Part shown: piece after piece, positions 36,254 to 45,658 of the stretch
Layout: the number at the start of each line of letters is the position of its first letter
How positions within the stretch are numbered: the stretch's first letter is position 1
From: Solirubrobacterales bacterium
Lineage (GTDB): Bacteria; Actinomycetota; Thermoleophilia; Solirubrobacterales; Solirubrobacteraceae
Direction: 5' to 3'
NCBI GenBank assembly: GCA_038199035.1
Contig: JBBPZM010000061.1
Span: forward strand, 3,995 to 67,994
Length of the DNA stretch: 64,000 nucleotides
Notes under the pieces: model-generated
What the model was told of the DNA's origin: nothing
Database searches by the model: none
Seen by the model: the letters and a program-made list of their open reading frames with translations, nothing else
Made by a program: the position numbers and the translations under genes

Positions 36254-37788
36254 GACGACGCACCACGCAGTCGATCGTCGCCAACCCCGTGCTCATCGGC
36301 GCGGTCACCGTGCTGGTCACCGTGGTGGCGGTGTACCTGGCCTACAACGCCAACAGCGGCCTGCCCTTCGTCCCGACCTACGAGCTCAACGCCAAGGTGC
36401 CCAACGCCGGGCGGCTCGTCGAGGGCAACGACGTGCGCGAGGGCGGCTACCGGATCGGGGTGGTCGAGAAGATCACGCCGGTGCGCGAGCCCGACGGCAC
36501 GGCCGGCGCCAAGCTGCGGCTCAAGCTCGACAAGCAGGCGGGACCGGTGCCTATGGACTCGACGATCACCATCCGCCCGCGCTCGGCCCTTGGCCTCAAG
36601 TACGTGGAGCTGGTCCGCGGCCTCTCCCACCAGGAGCTGGCCAACGGCTCGACGATCAACATGGGCCAGGGAGCCAACACGGTCGAGCTCGACGACTTCT
36701 TCGGGATCTTCGACCAGCCCACCCGCGACTTCTCCCAGCGCAACCTGACGGAGTTCGGCGGCGCCTTCGCCGCCCGGGGAATCGACCTAAACCTTACCCT
36801 CCAGAGCCTGCCCGGCCTCTTGGGCGTGCTCCAGCCGGTCGCCTCCAACCTGGCCGACCCGCGCACGCAGCTGGGCCAGTTCTTCCGCGATCTCGCCCAG
36901 GCCGCAAGGGCCACCGCGCCGGTGGCCGACTCGCTGGCGAAGGGCTTCACCTCGGGCGCGGACGTCTTCGAGGCGTTCTCGCGCTATCCCGACCGGCTCG
37001 CCCAGACGATCGAGAAGTCGCCGCCCACGCTGGACGTGGGGACCGCGTCGCTGGTCGCCCAGCGCCCCTTCCTGCGCCACCTGGCCGGCGTGTCGGGTGA
37101 GCTGCGCGGCGCCGCCCAGCAGGTGCGGATCTCCCTGCCGGGGATCAACGCCGCCCTGCTGAGCGGGACCCAGGTCCTCCCGCGGGTGCCCGAGCTCAAC
37201 GCCCGCCTCACCAGCACGCTCCAGGCGCTCGACGCCCTGGCTACCACCCCGACCACCAACCTCACGCTGCGGGGGCTGACCTCGACGGTCTCCACGCTCA
37301 GCCCGACCCTGCGCTACGTCGGGCCGTATGTGACGGTCTGCAACTACTGGAACTACTTCTGGACCTACCTCTCGGAGCATCTGACCGATCAGAGCGCCAC
37401 AGGGCAGATCGAGCGCGTCCTGGGCAAGACTTCCCCGCCCCAGGACAACGGACTGTCCACCTTCGGCGCGAGCCACCCGGCCAACGGCGAAGGCTCCAAC
37501 CCGATCACCAACGCCATCCTCGGCGACCCGGCCTTCCTGCACGCGCAGCCCTACGGCGCGGCCATCACCGGCGGGGGCAGCGCGGACTGCGAGAACGGCC
37601 AGCGCGGCTACCCCAGGCGGATCGCCAACGACTACGACCCGCGCCTGAAGATCGTCACCGACCCCCACACTCCGGGCGCGCAGGGCCCGACCTACACCGG
37701 CCAGCACAACCCGCCGGCGCACGAGACCTACAGCGCCGCCCCCGACTTCCAGTCGGGGATCGATCCGAGCGACGGGGTGGCGCCATGA
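36250..37788 (+). CDS. Mce/MlaD-domain protein 3 of 6
   Basis: ATGA overlap with the upstream gene. It has a TM and 'YELNAKVPNAGRLVEGNDVREGGYRIGVVEKI...IRPRSALGLKYVELVRG'. Confidence 0.9.
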   Translation: MRRRTTQSIVANPVLIGAVTVLVTVVAVYLAYNANSGLPFVPTYELNAKVPNAGRLVEGNDVREGGYRIGVVEKITPVREPDGTAGAKLRLKLDKQAGPVPMDSTITIRPRSALGLKYVELVRGLSHQELANGSTINMGQGANTVELDDFFGIFDQPTRDFSQRNLTEFGGAFAARGIDLNLTLQSLPGLLGVLQPVASNLADPRTQLGQFFRDLAQAARATAPVADSLAKGFTSGADVFEAFSRYPDRLAQTIEKSPPTLDVGTASLVAQRPFLRHLAGVSGELRGAAQQVRISLPGINAALLSGTQVLPRVPELNARLTSTLQALDALATTPTTNLTLRGLTSTVSTLSPTLRYVGPYVTVCNYWNYFWTYLSEHLTDQSATGQIERVLGKTSPPQDNGLSTFGASHPANGEGSNPITNAILGDPAFLHAQPYGAAITGGGSADCENGQRGYPRRIANDYDPRLKIVTDPHTPGAQGPTYTGQHNPPAHETYSAAPDFQSGIDPSDGVAP

Positions 37789-39482
37789 GCGTGCTCGGCA
37801 GGGCCTTCGGCCGCAAGACGGGGGCCAAGGGGACGGGCCTCAGCCCGGTCACCGCCGGGGCGATCCTGCTCGTCCTCGTCGTGGTGCTCACCTACCTGGG
37901 TTTCACCAAGACGATCCCCTTCCGCCACCACTTCCAGATCAACGCGGTCTTCAACTCGTCCAACCTGCTCAAGCCCAACTCGCCGGTCCGCATCGCCGGC
38001 GTGGAGGTGGGCAAGGTCGCCAGCGTCAAGGCCGTCGGCAAGGGCCTGCGCACGGCCATGGTGACCATGCAGATCTACGACAACGGGCGCCCCATCCACA
38101 CCGACGCCACCGCGAAGATCCGCCCCCGGATCTTCCTCGAGGGCAACTTCTTCGTCGACATGACCGCGGGCAGCCCCACGGCGCCGATCCTCGAGGACGG
38201 CGGCACGATCCCGGTCGCCCAGACCGCCATTCCGGTGCAGCTCGACCAGGTCCTGGCGATCCTCAAGGCCGACACCCGCGAGGACCTGCGTCGCACGCTG
38301 GCCGAGCTGGGCAGCGCCTACGGCGCCGGCTTCGGCCGGGCGCTCAACCAGTCGTTCGAGTTCCAGCCCGCGGCCTTCCGCTACAACTCGATCGTCAACG
38401 AGGCGCTGATCGGTCAGGGTCCCCACGACCTGTCGCAGTTCATCCGCGACAGCGCGACGGTGGCGGCGGCGATCGACCGCTCGCCGCGCCAGCTCAAGGG
38501 GCTGCTGACCGACTTCAACTCCACCGCCGCGGCGCTGGCCGACGTGCAGGGCAGCCTGCGGGCGACGTTCCGCGAGCTGCCGACCACCCTCACCACGGCC
38601 AAGCCGACGCTCGACGACCTCAACGCCGCCTTCCCCGACGTTCGTCGGCTGGCCCGCGGCGCCCTGCCGGGGGTGCGGACCACGGGACCGACCATCGACC
38701 TCCTGCTGCCGCTGGTAGAGCAGCTGCGCGGCCTCGTCTCGCCGGGCGAGCTGCAGGGCTTCTCGGCCGACCTGCGCAACACCGTTCCCGGCCTCTCGCG
38801 GGTGGCCACCGACAGCGTGCCGCTGCTCAGGAAGGTGCGCGAGGCCTCCTCCTGCCAGAACGAGGTGATCCTGCCCTGGACCAAGGACAAGATCCAGGAC
38901 CCCGACTTCCCGACGACCGGGCAGGTCTACCAGGAGGCGGTCAAGTTCCTGCCCGGGCTCGCCGGCGAGAGCCGCTCCTTCGACGCCAACGGCCAGTGGT
39001 TCAAGGTGCTGGGCGGCGGCGGCCTGGAGACCTTCACCCTGGGCGGCCCCGGCTCACAGCTGTTCGGGACCTCTCTCTTCCCCTTCCTGGGCACCAACCC
39101 GCCCAAGCCCCAGGGCCGCCCGCCGCTGCGTCCCAACGTGCCGTGCGAGACCCAGGAGCGGCCGGACCTGCGCACGATTCCCGGCAGGGGGCCGAAGAAG
39201 GTGCCGATCCCGCTCACCCCGCTCATCCGCGAGCGCCAGGCAAAGGCCGCGCTGGTGGCGATTGACAGCCTGCGCGCCCAGCTCCTCACCGCCGGGTCCA
39301 AGCTCAAGGTCTTCGACCTCAACGGCAAGCTGCCCAAGACGGCGGCTGACCGGTCGAGCAAGGGGGCTGGCGGCAAGGCCAAGGCCAACGCGAAGGGCGC
39401 CGGCGGTCAAGGGGCCGGCGGCCAGGGCGCCGGCAAGGCGCAGCCGCTCGCCGGACAGGGCGCTGGCGGAGGCACGCCATGA
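37785..39482 (+). CDS. Mce/MlaD-domain protein 4 of 6 (Gly/Ala/Lys/Gln tail)
   Basis: ATGA overlap with the upstream gene. It has a TM and 'FQINAVFNSSNLLKPNSPVRIAGVEVGKVASV...IRPRIFLEGNFFVDMTAG'. The tail reads 'KGAGGKAKANAKGAGGQGAGGQGAGKAQ'. Confidence 0.9.
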   Translation: MSVLGRAFGRKTGAKGTGLSPVTAGAILLVLVVVLTYLGFTKTIPFRHHFQINAVFNSSNLLKPNSPVRIAGVEVGKVASVKAVGKGLRTAMVTMQIYDNGRPIHTDATAKIRPRIFLEGNFFVDMTAGSPTAPILEDGGTIPVAQTAIPVQLDQVLAILKADTREDLRRTLAELGSAYGAGFGRALNQSFEFQPAAFRYNSIVNEALIGQGPHDLSQFIRDSATVAAAIDRSPRQLKGLLTDFNSTAAALADVQGSLRATFRELPTTLTTAKPTLDDLNAAFPDVRRLARGALPGVRTTGPTIDLLLPLVEQLRGLVSPGELQGFSADLRNTVPGLSRVATDSVPLLRKVREASSCQNEVILPWTKDKIQDPDFPTTGQVYQEAVKFLPGLAGESRSFDANGQWFKVLGGGGLETFTLGGPGSQLFGTSLFPFLGTNPPKPQGRPPLRPNVPCETQERPDLRTIPGRGPKKVPIPLTPLIRERQAKAALVAIDSLRAQLLTAGSKLKVFDLNGKLPKTAADRSSKGAGGKAKANAKGAGGQGAGGQGAGKAQPLAGQGAGGGTP

Positions 39483-41146
39483 GGGCGATCCGCAAGCACC
39501 TCTCGGACTTCGTGGCCATCGTCGTGCTCTTCGTCATCGGCATCGGGGTGGGCGCCTACATCCTCTCCAACGAGCGCCTGCGCTTCCCGTTCATCCAGGA
39601 GCCGCCCTACGAGATCAACGCCGCCCTGAGCACCGCCCAGGCCGTCACGCCGGGCCAGGGCCAGACCGTCCAGATCGCCGGCGTCGAGATCGGCCAGATC
39701 GGCAAGGTCTCGCTGGTCGACGGCCGCGCGATCGTGCGCCTCGAGATCGAGCAGCGCTTCAAGAACCTGATCCGCACCGACGCGAGCGCGCTGCTGCGCC
39801 CTCGCACCGGCCTCAAGGACATGTACATCCAGCTCAATCCCGGCACCGCGGGCGCGCCGCACGCCAAGCCGGGGTGGACGATCCCCGTCTCCAACACGCT
39901 GCCCGACGTCAACCTCGACGAGATCCTCGGCTCGCTGGACACCGACACGCGTGACTACATCAAGCTCCTGGCCAACGGCGCCGGTCGCGGGCTCGATCGC
40001 CGCGGCAACGAGCTGGCCGAGACCTTCAAGCGCTTCGAGCCCACCGTGCGCGACCTCGCGCGGGTCAACGAGGCGGTCGCACAGGAACGCACCGCGCTGA
40101 GCCGCCTGGTGACCTCGCTCGCCCGCCTCAACGGCGAGCTGGCCTCCGGGCGCCACCCCAACGACCTGGCCCAGCTGGTCGACGCCTCGGCCACCACCTT
40201 CCGTGCCTTCGCGCAGGAGCAGAACGGGCTGAAGTCGTCGATCCGCGAGCTGCCGCCGTCGCTGCGCCAGGCCACCAGCACGCTGCGCACCGTGAGGGGC
40301 TTCGCCAACGAGCTTTCGCCGACCTCCCGCGCGCTGCTGCCCGCCTTCCGCCAGCTGACGAGGGCCAACCTCGCCGTGCGGCCCTTCGCCCGCGAGGCCA
40401 CGCCGATCATCCGCGACCAGATCCGGCCGTTCATTCGTGACGTGCGCCCGCTGCTGCGAGACCTCCAGCCCGCGTCCAACGAGCTGGCCGACGCGACGCC
40501 CAACCTCACACGGTCGTTCGTCGTCCTCAACCACCTGTTCAACATGCTGGGCTACAACAAGGACGGTCGCGAGGACCCCGGCAAGAAGTCGCGCGACGAG
40601 GGCTACCTCTTCTGGATCGCCTGGGTGACCCACGACACGGTCAACCTGTTCAACACCGACGACGCCAACGGCCCGCTGCGCCCGGTCTTCCTCACCGGCA
40701 CGTGCGGGACCCTGACCGCGCTGACCAGCCTGAACCCCCAGCTCGAGTTCCTGCTCAACCTCACGCCGGTGCTCACGACGATCTGCAACAACCCGTCCAC
40801 GCTGTCCGTCGACACCAAGGCGGCCCGCGAGGCCCTGATCAAGGCCCAGGAAGCGGCCGGTCGCACGCCCTACGGCTCCAACCAGGCCCTCCAGCGCAGT
40901 CTCGACGCCATGGGCGGCGGCAAGGCGCAGGGCGGCAAGGGCAACGGCAACGGCAACAAGGGCAAGGGCGGCAACGGCAAGGGTGACGGCGCCAAGGGCA
41001 AGTCGGCCGCGGCAGGCGCAGCTGGCGCCCCGGCGTCCGGTCAGAGCGGCGCCCCGGCGGGCCAAGCACCGGCCAAGGACGCGGCGTCGGCGAGCCTGAC
41101 AGGCGTCCCGCCGACGACGACCAACGGCCCGGGAGGCGGTGGCTGA
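39479..41146 (+). CDS. Mce/MlaD-domain protein 5 of 6 (Gly/Lys/Asn tail)
   Basis: ATGA overlap with the upstream gene. It has a TM and 'YEINAALSTAQAVTPGQGQTVQIAGVEIGQIGKV...LRPRTGLKDMYIQLNPG'. The tail reads 'GGGKAQGGKGNGNGNKGKGGNGKGDGAKGK'. Confidence 0.9.
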   Translation: MRAIRKHLSDFVAIVVLFVIGIGVGAYILSNERLRFPFIQEPPYEINAALSTAQAVTPGQGQTVQIAGVEIGQIGKVSLVDGRAIVRLEIEQRFKNLIRTDASALLRPRTGLKDMYIQLNPGTAGAPHAKPGWTIPVSNTLPDVNLDEILGSLDTDTRDYIKLLANGAGRGLDRRGNELAETFKRFEPTVRDLARVNEAVAQERTALSRLVTSLARLNGELASGRHPNDLAQLVDASATTFRAFAQEQNGLKSSIRELPPSLRQATSTLRTVRGFANELSPTSRALLPAFRQLTRANLAVRPFAREATPIIRDQIRPFIRDVRPLLRDLQPASNELADATPNLTRSFVVLNHLFNMLGYNKDGREDPGKKSRDEGYLFWIAWVTHDTVNLFNTDDANGPLRPVFLTGTCGTLTALTSLNPQLEFLLNLTPVLTTICNNPSTLSVDTKAAREALIKAQEAAGRTPYGSNQALQRSLDAMGGGKAQGGKGNGNGNKGKGGNGKGDGAKGKSAAAGAAGAPASGQSGAPAGQAPAKDAASASLTGVPPTTTNGPGGGG

Positions 41147-42603
41147 TGCAGAAGCAGGGACTCTCGCCTGGCCGTCTCGCGGTGATCGTGCTCTTCACCC
41201 TGTCGGTGTTCGGGCTGCTCCTCTTCCTGTGGCTGTCCTTCGGCGGCCCGATCCCCCTCAAGCCCCAGGGCTACGAGATCAAGGTCTCGGTTCCCGAGGC
41301 GGCGCAGCTCGCCCAGCAGGCCGACGTGCGTGTGGCCGGCGTCAGCATCGGCAAGGTCGTCAAGAAGGAGCGCGACCCCAAGGGCAACCGCACGCTGGCC
41401 ACCCTGTCGATCGACCGCAAGTACGCCCCGCTGCACGCCGACGCCCGGGCCATCCTCAGGCAGAAGACGCTGCTCGGGGAGACCTACATAGAGCTGACGA
41501 CCGGAACAAAGCGCGCCCCCATCATCAAGGAGGGCGGGCAGCTCTCGGACTTCAACGTCCAACCCACGGTGGAGCTCGACGAGCTGCTCCAGATCTTCGA
41601 CCAGCCGACCCGCAATGCCTTCCGCCTGTGGCAGCGCGAGCTGGCCACGGCCGGCGCCGGCCGTGCCCAGGACCTCAACGACGCGCTCGGAAACTTCCCC
41701 GGGTTCACCGGCTCGGGCACCAGCCTGCTGTCGGTCCTCAACACGCGCAGCGCCGCCCTGAGCTCGCAGATCCGCAACACCGGCGTGACCTTCCGCGCGC
41801 TGAGCGCCAACGAGGGCCGCCTCCAGACGCTGATCGTCGCCACTCGCCAACTCTTCGACGCCATCGCCCGCCAGCGCAACGACCTGGCCGACACCATCCG
41901 CATCTTCCCCACGTTCCTCGACGAGTCGAAGTCCACGCTGGCGCGCCTGCGCACCTTCGCGCGCAAGACCGACCCGCTGCTGGTCGACCTCCAGCCCACG
42001 CTGCGCGACCTGCGACCGACGCTCGTCTCGGTCAACCGGCTCTCGCCCGACCTCCAGCACCTCTTCCAGAGCCTCAACCCGCTGGTCGACGCCTCGGCCA
42101 CCGGCCTGCCCGCCATGCAGCGCGTCCTCGAGGGGCTCACCCCCACGCTGGCCGCCCTGGGCCCCTTCCTCGAGCAGCTCAACCCGATCCTCCAGTGGCT
42201 CCAGCTCTACCAGTCGACGGTCTCGGACTTCCTCTCGGTCGGCCCGGGCGCCCTGGCCAACCGCGAGCCCACGCCCAACCCGCAGGGCCTGGGTCACGTG
42301 CTGCCCCAGCTGATCGTCGTCGGGGACCAGACCCTCCTCACCAAGCGGCGGACGCGCAGCAACCGCGGCAACACCTACTTCGGCCCGGACGTCCTCGAGA
42401 GCCCGCAGATCGGGCACAAGGAGATCCTCCCCAACTGGGACTGCCACAACGCCGGCGGCGAGCACGGACCGGGCGCCACCAACATGGGTGGGTTCGGCGG
42501 CGATCCGGGCTGCTTCGTCCAGGGACCGATCCCCTTCCAGGGCAAGAGCGACTTCTTCCCGCACGTCACGTCGGAGAACTACTCGCCCAAGCACGGCGGC
42601 TGA
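41146..42603 (+). CDS. Mce/MlaD-domain protein 6 of 6
   Basis: 1-nt overlap with the upstream gene (TGATG). It has the TM 'LAVIVLFTLSVFGLLLFLWL' and 'YEIKVSVPEAAQLAQQADVRVAGVSIGKVVKK...LRQKTLLGETYIELTTG'. Confidence 0.92.
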   Translation: MQKQGLSPGRLAVIVLFTLSVFGLLLFLWLSFGGPIPLKPQGYEIKVSVPEAAQLAQQADVRVAGVSIGKVVKKERDPKGNRTLATLSIDRKYAPLHADARAILRQKTLLGETYIELTTGTKRAPIIKEGGQLSDFNVQPTVELDELLQIFDQPTRNAFRLWQRELATAGAGRAQDLNDALGNFPGFTGSGTSLLSVLNTRSAALSSQIRNTGVTFRALSANEGRLQTLIVATRQLFDAIARQRNDLADTIRIFPTFLDESKSTLARLRTFARKTDPLLVDLQPTLRDLRPTLVSVNRLSPDLQHLFQSLNPLVDASATGLPAMQRVLEGLTPTLAALGPFLEQLNPILQWLQLYQSTVSDFLSVGPGALANREPTPNPQGLGHVLPQLIVVGDQTLLTKRRTRSNRGNTYFGPDVLESPQIGHKEILPNWDCHNAGGEHGPGATNMGGFGGDPGCFVQGPIPFQGKSDFFPHVTSENYSPKHGG

Positions 42604-43331
42604 GCGGCGCCGGGACCGGCCGATCGCTGGAGGTGGACCTCGCCGGACTCGAGCGCCCGCTCCACGCCGGCGCGGCGGACCAGCAGCCGGCCGCTGTCGT
42701 CGATCCCGCTCGCCGTCCCGCTCCCTCCCGCCCAGGTGACCTCCTGACCGGCCAGGGCGTCGCGCTCCCTGACCGCGGCCAGCACCGCTTCGGGGGAGGC
42801 CGACAGCCACGCCTCGAGTCGCGCCAGGAGTCGGCACAGGGTCGGCTCGACCTGCGCGGGAGGGCGCTCGAGGCCGGTGGCGATCGCTCGGACGGGCGGC
42901 GGCAGGTCGCCGGGGTCGACGGCGACGTTGACCCCGATGCCCAGCACCATCCAGCCTTCCTGCGGGCGGCCCTCGACGAGGATGCCCGCCGCCTTGCGCC
43001 CGTCCACCAGCACGTCGTTGGGCCATTTGATGGCCGCGTCGGAGCCCGCCTCCTGCGCCACGGCGACCCCGGCGGCCAGCGGCAGCAGGCGGGGCCAGCG
43101 GCGCAGGACCAGCGACATGAGCACCGCCTGGCCGGGGGGAGCCAGCCAGCGACGGCCCTGGCGCCCGCGCCCGGCGGTCTGCTCGGACGCGGTGACCAGC
43201 GTTCCGTGAACGGCGCCGGCGGCGGCGAGGTCGCGCGCGCGCTGGTTGGTCGAGTCGATGCGCCGGAGGTGCAGCCGCGGCGCCCCCAGGCCCGGACTGC
43301 TCGCAGGCGCGGTCGGCTCGCGCGCGCTCAC
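42579..43331 (-). CDS. birA: Biotin--[acetyl-CoA-carboxylase] ligase (no N-terminal HTH, group I)
   Basis: 250-aa ORF. Motifs are 'IDSTNQRARDL', 'TASEQTAGRGRQGRRW', 'IKWPNDVLVDGRKAAGILVE' and 'GIGVNV'. The GTG start overlaps the upstream stop (GTGA). Confidence 0.9.
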   Translation of the reverse strand: MSAREPTAPASSPGLGAPRLHLRRIDSTNQRARDLAAAGAVHGTLVTASEQTAGRGRQGRRWLAPPGQAVLMSLVLRRWPRLLPLAAGVAVAQEAGSDAAIKWPNDVLVDGRKAAGILVEGRPQEGWMVLGIGVNVAVDPGDLPPPVRAIATGLERPPAQVEPTLCRLLARLEAWLSASPEAVLAAVRERDALAGQEVTWAGGSGTASGIDDSGRLLVRRAGVERALESGEVHLQRSAGPGAAQPPCLGE

Positions 43332-44143
43332 GTGGCGCGGATACGCAGCTCGCGATCGGGCTCGAGGCCCAGGCGCTCGCGGGCGCTGCCGCGGTTGACC
43401 GCGACGGCCAGCGTGCGGTAGGCGTCCTCGTAGACGAGGATCTCCTCGGGGCGCACGTCGGCGAAGGTGACGGCGTACCAGGCGGTGAAGCGCTGCGGCC
43501 CGACCTCGAGCTCCAGCCGGCCGCCCAACCGCAGGCCGGTGCCGGCCAGGTCCGCATGGCCGGCGTCGAGGACGACGTTGCCGAAGCCGTCGCTGGCCAG
43601 CGCGTGGGTGACGAGCTCATCGCCCTCGCGGCGGGGCTGCGGCAGCTCGAGGCTCGCCACGTCGGTCGGGTCGAACGGGTCGCCGGCGGCGCCCAGCGGC
43701 TCGCCGGCCGCGAGGTGAGCGGCCACCGGGGCGAAGATGTCGCGGCCGTGGAAGGTGGCCGACACCGGCTCCAGGCGCCACGGCGAGCGCCCGACGTCCA
43801 CCGCCTCGACCACCCCGCCGAAGCGCTGCGCGGCCAGCCACAGCAGGCCGTTGTCTGGCCCCACGAGCAGCCTGTCCTCGTGCGCCGTGCGCAGGGCGAC
43901 GGCGCGACGCTCGCCGCCGACCTCGGGGTCGACCACCGCCAGGTGCACGCCCGCGGGCATGTAGGGCAGGGCGTTGCGCAGGACCAGGGCGGCCAGCCTG
44001 ACCTCGTGGCGCGGGATCCCGTGGGTGACATCGACGACCGCGGCGTCGGGGCAGATCCGGGCGATGACGCCCCGGCAGACGCCCACGAAGTCGTCGGCCT
44101 GCCCGTAGTCGGAGAGGAAGCTGACGAACGGCGCGCCGGTCAT
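43328..44143 (-). CDS. SAM hydroxide adenosyltransferase / DUF62-family (chlorinase-fluorinase-like) protein
   Basis: 271-aa ORF. Motifs are 'FLSDYGQADDFVGVCRGVI', 'VVDVTHGIP', 'LVGPDNGLL' and 'TFHGRDIFAPVAAHLAAG'. Confidence 0.85.
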   Translation of the reverse strand: MTGAPFVSFLSDYGQADDFVGVCRGVIARICPDAAVVDVTHGIPRHEVRLAALVLRNALPYMPAGVHLAVVDPEVGGERRAVALRTAHEDRLLVGPDNGLLWLAAQRFGGVVEAVDVGRSPWRLEPVSATFHGRDIFAPVAAHLAAGEPLGAAGDPFDPTDVASLELPQPRREGDELVTHALASDGFGNVVLDAGHADLAGTGLRLGGRLELEVGPQRFTAWYAVTFADVRPEEILVYEDAYRTLAVAVNRGSARERLGLEPDRELRIRAT

Positions 44144-44155
44144 GGCGCCGGGAAC

Positions 44156-45658
44156 CTACCGAGACGCCGGCGAGGGCTTGCGCCGTGCGGCGTCGGCCGC
44201 CAGCGCCTCGACCACTCCCTCGATGTCGTGGCGGACCGCCTCGACGTGCGGCTCGAGGCCGTGATCGCGCAGCGTGGCGCTGGTCACCGGGCCGATCGAG
44301 ACGATGCGCGTCGAGGGCGACAGGCCGGGCGGGTCGCCTGCCGCCTCGAGGAAGAAGCGCACGGTGGAGGAGGAGGTGAAGGTGACGTAGTCGGCGTCGC
44401 GTGCCGCGGCCCGCGCCGCGGGACCCAGGGGCTCGGCGACCGTCGGGTAGAGCGCGAGGACGTCGACCTGCGCGCCCCGCGCGCGCAGGGCGTCGGGCAG
44501 CACGTCGCGGGCCTCGCGCGCGCGGGCGACCAGGGCGCGGGTGACGGGCACGTCGCGCAGCGCCTCGACCAGCGCCTCGGCCACCGCGCGCTCGGGCACG
44601 ACGTCGGGGACGATCCCCCGCTCGCGAAGAGCCCGGGCCGTGCCCGGGCCGATGGCCGCGACCGCGAGCCCGGCCAGCGCGCGGGCGTCGTGGCCCGCGT
44701 CGGCCAGCCGCTCGAACAGCAGCCGCACGCCGTTGGGGCTGGTCAGGCACAGCAGGTCGTAGCCCGCGAGCTCGGGCGCCGGGCCGGGCAGCGGCACGAT
44801 GCGGATGGCCGGCGCCTCCACCACCTGCGCCCCCAGCTCGCGCAGGCGGGCGGCGAGCTCGCTGGCCTGGGCGCGCGCGCGGGTGACCGCGACGGTGCGG
44901 CCGTGCAGGGGCCGGCGCTCGCGCCAGCCCAGCCGCGCCCCCAGCTGGGCCACCGGGCCCACGACGGTGATGGCCGGAGGGCGGATGCCCTCCTCGGCCA
45001 CCCGCTTGGCCACCGTCTCTAGCGTGGCCAGCAGCGTGCGCTGCTCGGGAAGGGTCCCCCGCTCGACCACGGCCACGGGCTGGTCGTACGGCCGGCCGGC
45101 GCCCATCAGCCGTTGCGCGATCTCCGGGAGCTGGCGCACGCCCATGTAGAGGACGAGCGTGCCGGGGAAGCGGGCCAGGGCGCCCCAGTCCAGCGCCGAC
45201 TCCGGCTTGTCGGGATCCTCGTGACCGGTGACGAAGGCCACAGCGCTGGCGTGGTCGCGGTGGGTGACCGGCACGCCGGCGTAGGCGGGGGCGGCGATGC
45301 CCGCGGTCACTCCGGGGACGACCTCGAAGTCGATGCCCTGGTCCCGCAGCAGCTCGGCCTCCTCGCCGCCGCGGCCGAACACGAACGGGTCCCCCCCCTT
45401 GAGCCTGACCACGCGCCGCCCGGCGCGGCCGTGCTCGACCAGCAGGCGTTCGGTGTCGGACTGGTCGACCGACGGCCCCTCGCCCTGCTTGCCGACGTAG
45501 ACCAGCTCGGCCTCGGGCGCGGCGACGTCGAGCGCCTCGCGCGGCACGAGGCGGTCGTAGAGGATGACCTCGGCCGCGGCGATCAGCTCGAGCGCCCGCG
45601 CCGTGAGCAGCCCCGGGTCCCCCGGCCCGGCGCCGACCAGGGCGACGTGGCCGCTCAC
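44156..45658 (-). CDS. Fused uroporphyrinogen-III C-methyltransferase / uroporphyrinogen-III synthase
   Basis: Within ORF 44156..45913 the GTG at 45658 overlaps the hemC stop (GTGA). The SUMT half has 'VALVGAGPGDPGLLT', 'VVRLKGGDPFVFGRGGEE' and 'VVPGVTAGIAA'. A HemD-like half follows ('GRTVAVTRARAQASELAARLRELGA', 'LCLTSPNGV'). Confidence 0.88.
   Translation of the reverse strand: MSGHVALVGAGPGDPGLLTARALELIAAAEVILYDRLVPREALDVAAPEAELVYVGKQGEGPSVDQSDTERLLVEHGRAGRRVVRLKGGDPFVFGRGGEEAELLRDQGIDFEVVPGVTAGIAAPAYAGVPVTHRDHASAVAFVTGHEDPDKPESALDWGALARFPGTLVLYMGVRQLPEIAQRLMGAGRPYDQPVAVVERGTLPEQRTLLATLETVAKRVAEEGIRPPAITVVGPVAQLGARLGWRERRPLHGRTVAVTRARAQASELAARLRELGAQVVEAPAIRIVPLPGPAPELAGYDLLCLTSPNGVRLLFERLADAGHDARALAGLAVAAIGPGTARALRERGIVPDVVPERAVAEALVEALRDVPVTRALVARAREARDVLPDALRARGAQVDVLALYPTVAEPLGPAARAAARDADYVTFTSSSTVRFFLEAAGDPPGLSPSTRIVSIGPVTSATLRDHGLEPHVEAVRHDIEGVVEALAADAARRKPSPASR

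Noticed and set aside
41041-44031. A 996-aa minus-strand ORF spanning the last mce gene, birA and the DUF62 gene.
   Set aside because: It runs antisense to a bona fide Mce gene and out of frame with birA and DUF62. Its composition is Arg/Pro/Ala junk. The same reasoning applies to 34673..35854, 39407..41065, 36787..37722, 30324..32216, 20039..21538, 25025..26335 and 45113..46639.
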